Source: Burkholderiales bacterium (GTDB taxonomy: Bacteria; Pseudomonadota; Gammaproteobacteria; Burkholderiales; Usitatibacteraceae). From it: a stretch of 64,000 nucleotides of DNA. Both the position numbers and the translations under genes were made by a program. Below are positions 62,466 to 64,000 of this stretch, piece by piece (within the stretch, counting starts at the first letter, position 1; each line of letters starts with the position of its first letter). Below the pieces are notes generated by a model. It made no database searches. It was not told the DNA's origin and saw nothing but the letters and a program-made list of their open reading frames with translations. The stretch covers positions 5,052 to 69,051 of the forward strand of contig JANMQR010000314.1 in assembly GCA_031370625.1 (NCBI GenBank). Reading direction: 5' to 3'.

Positions 62466-63830
62466 ATGAAAACTATCCTGATTCCGAGTGCAATGATCGT
62501 GGCGTTCACTGCTGCAATTTCGGGCTGCGGAGAAATGTCGCGCTTACCATCAAATGCAGGCATGGGGCCAAATCCCACGCTGCCGGGACCCGTCAAAACG
62601 CTTGTACCCACGCTCAATATTGCCCCAGCGCAAGGCTGGGCAGTAGGCAACAAACCGTTGGCCGCGGTCGGCACTACGGTTAACGCGTTTGCCGCAGATT
62701 TGGATCACCCGAGATGGATTTATGTGCTGCCCAACGGTGATGTATTAGTCGCTGAATCAAACGCGCCACCGAAGCCTGATGATGGCAATGGCATTCGCGG
62801 TTGGGTACAAAAACAAGTGATGAAACGCGCCGGTGCCGTTACGCAAAGCGCCAACCGCATTACCTTGCTGCGCGACGCCAACGGAGACGGCATAGCCGAA
62901 GTCCGTTCAGCGTTTTTGGAAAACCTCGCCTCACCGATTGGCATGGCGCTAATTGGCGAGACGCTCTACATTGCCAATACCGACGCCGTGGTGCGCGTGC
63001 CGTATAAAACGGGCGATATCAAAATTTCCACTGCGCCACAAAAAGTGGTCAGTCTTCCCGCAGGAACGATCAATCATCACTGGACAAAAAATATTATTGC
63101 CAGCGTGGACGGCAGCAAGCTTTATGCAACTGTCGGCTCGAACAGCAACGTGGCAGAGCGCGGCATGGACGTGGAAGTTGATCGCGCAGCCATTTGGGAA
63201 ATTGATGTGAAGACGGGGACGCATCGCGTCTTCGCTTCAGGCATCCGTAACCCCAACGGCATGGCTTGGGCTCCGGAAACCGGCGCATTGTGGACGGTCG
63301 CCAATGAACGTGATGAGCTCGGCAGCGATTTGGTGCCCGATTATTTGACATCGGTGAAAGACGGCGGGTTCTATGGTTGGCCGTATAGCTATTACGGAGC
63401 GATCGTGGATGATCGCGTAAAACCACCGCGCCCAGATTTGGTGAGTAAAGCAATCAAGCCCGATTACGCACTGGGCGCGCACACGGCGTCACTCGGGCTC
63501 GCTTCAGCACAAACTGCGAAGCTCGGGGCACGCTTTGCAAACGGCATGTTTATTGGTCAGCACGGATCATGGAATCGCAAACCGCACAGCGGCTACAAAG
63601 TGATATTTGTGCCATTTGCAAACGGGCAGCCGGCTGGCGATGCGACCGACGTGCTGTGGGGATTTTTGAGTGAAGGTGGCAAAGCCAATGGCCGTCCGGT
63701 CGGGGTGGCTATCGACACACGCGGCGGCTTACTGGTGGCAGATGATGTTGGCAATGTGATCTGGCGCGTGAGGGCGTCAGCTTCAGCGGCAGCGGCAGCG
63801 ACAGCGACAGCACCCAGAAACGAAAAATAA
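62466..63830 (+). CDS. PQQ-dependent sugar (sorbosone-type) dehydrogenase lipoprotein
   Basis: Lipobox AFTAAISGC. Beta-propeller motifs: LPNGDVLVAESN, RNPNGMAWAP, GGFYGWPYSYYG and GRPVGVAIDTRGGLLVADD. Confidence 0.85.
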   Translation: MKTILIPSAMIVAFTAAISGCGEMSRLPSNAGMGPNPTLPGPVKTLVPTLNIAPAQGWAVGNKPLAAVGTTVNAFAADLDHPRWIYVLPNGDVLVAESNAPPKPDDGNGIRGWVQKQVMKRAGAVTQSANRITLLRDANGDGIAEVRSAFLENLASPIGMALIGETLYIANTDAVVRVPYKTGDIKISTAPQKVVSLPAGTINHHWTKNIIASVDGSKLYATVGSNSNVAERGMDVEVDRAAIWEIDVKTGTHRVFASGIRNPNGMAWAPETGALWTVANERDELGSDLVPDYLTSVKDGGFYGWPYSYYGAIVDDRVKPPRPDLVSKAIKPDYALGAHTASLGLASAQTAKLGARFANGMFIGQHGSWNRKPHSGYKVIFVPFANGQPAGDATDVLWGFLSEGGKANGRPVGVAIDTRGGLLVADDVGNVIWRVRASASAAAAATATAPRNEK

Positions 63831-63844
63831 GTTGCGAGCGCTGG

Positions 63845-64000
63845 TTAATGTTTCGGCTGAGTGGCCGCCAAACCAAACCGCTCAGTCATCATCGCCACAT
63901 AGTCTTCATCGGAGGATTTCGCGCGTGCAGCAAGCAGTGCCTCGGCGTCAGCACCGACCACATATTTAACTTTCAGCAAGTCGTCGGTCGCCGCTTTAAA
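63845..64000 (-). CDS. 3' end of an unidentified gene (5' part beyond window end)
   Basis: Hand translation of the minus strand gives FKAATDDLLKVKYVVGADAEALLAARAKSSDEDYVAMMTERFGLAATQPKH, with the stop at 63845-63847. Confidence 0.4.
   Translation of the reverse strand, partial: FKAATDDLLKVKYVVGADAEALLAARAKSSDEDYVAMMTERFGLAATQPKH

Overview
This is a chromosomal segment of a moderately GC-rich Gram-negative, probably proteobacterial, genome. The taxon cannot be fixed from sequence alone. A CTGT-N8-ACAG SOS box, PaoABC, an NdvB-type glucan synthase, a bacteriophytochrome and lmo0937/CsbD/KatE stress genes fit a beta- or gamma-proteobacterial soil or water organism.

(i) 1-13606, minus strand: a tightly packed four-gene operon built almost entirely of DUF11-type/Ig-like beta-sandwich repeats.
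- Gene A is a 196-aa exported single-domain protein.
- Gene B is a 1002-aa repeat protein.
- Gene C is a 2369-aa giant that fuses about 1430 aa of adhesin-type repeats (DUF11, Cna-B/SdrD-B-like, Big_1-like) to an ~840-aa C-terminal region that looks like an outer-membrane beta-barrel with a plug-like insert.
- Gene D is an edge-truncated protein of at least 902 aa (beta-propeller-like domain plus repeats). It is missing from the ORF track and I found it by hand translation.
- No chaperone, usher, sortase, TpsB or T1SS gene accompanies them.
- This operon is my best candidate for an undescribed system: self-contained surface-fibre or adhesin export and assembly.

(ii) 13.9-14.3 kb: tRNA-Ser(CGA) followed by direct and inverted partial copies of its own 3' end and a perfectly duplicated terminator.

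(iii) 14.3-26.5 kb: an OmpA-family protein, a 49-aa lmo0937-family peptide, a 3069-aa cyclic beta-1,2-glucan synthase and a Crp/Fnr regulator.

(iv) 26.6-38 kb: CsbD, an aldehyde dehydrogenase, GSP26, a PLD lipoprotein, a flavoprotein and Tat-exported PaoABC.

(v) 38.2-40 kb: a DnaQ-exonuclease/GIY-YIG (Cho-like) gene preceded by an SOS box, and a 155-bp MITE-like element.

(vi) 40.7-48 kb: a BphO-BphP-RR-hybrid HK-ChpT-like light-sensing phosphorelay.

(vii) 48-64 kb: housekeeping and general-stress genes (CHRD, response regulator, cation/H+ antiporter, YihY, L,D-transpeptidase-like, AdoMet decarboxylase, transglutaminase-like, EF-hand, PRC-barrel, hemerythrin, KatE, PQQ sugar dehydrogenase).

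I saw no rRNA, CRISPR array, transposase, integrase or phage gene. All domain names are assigned by eye from motifs, not from HMM searches.
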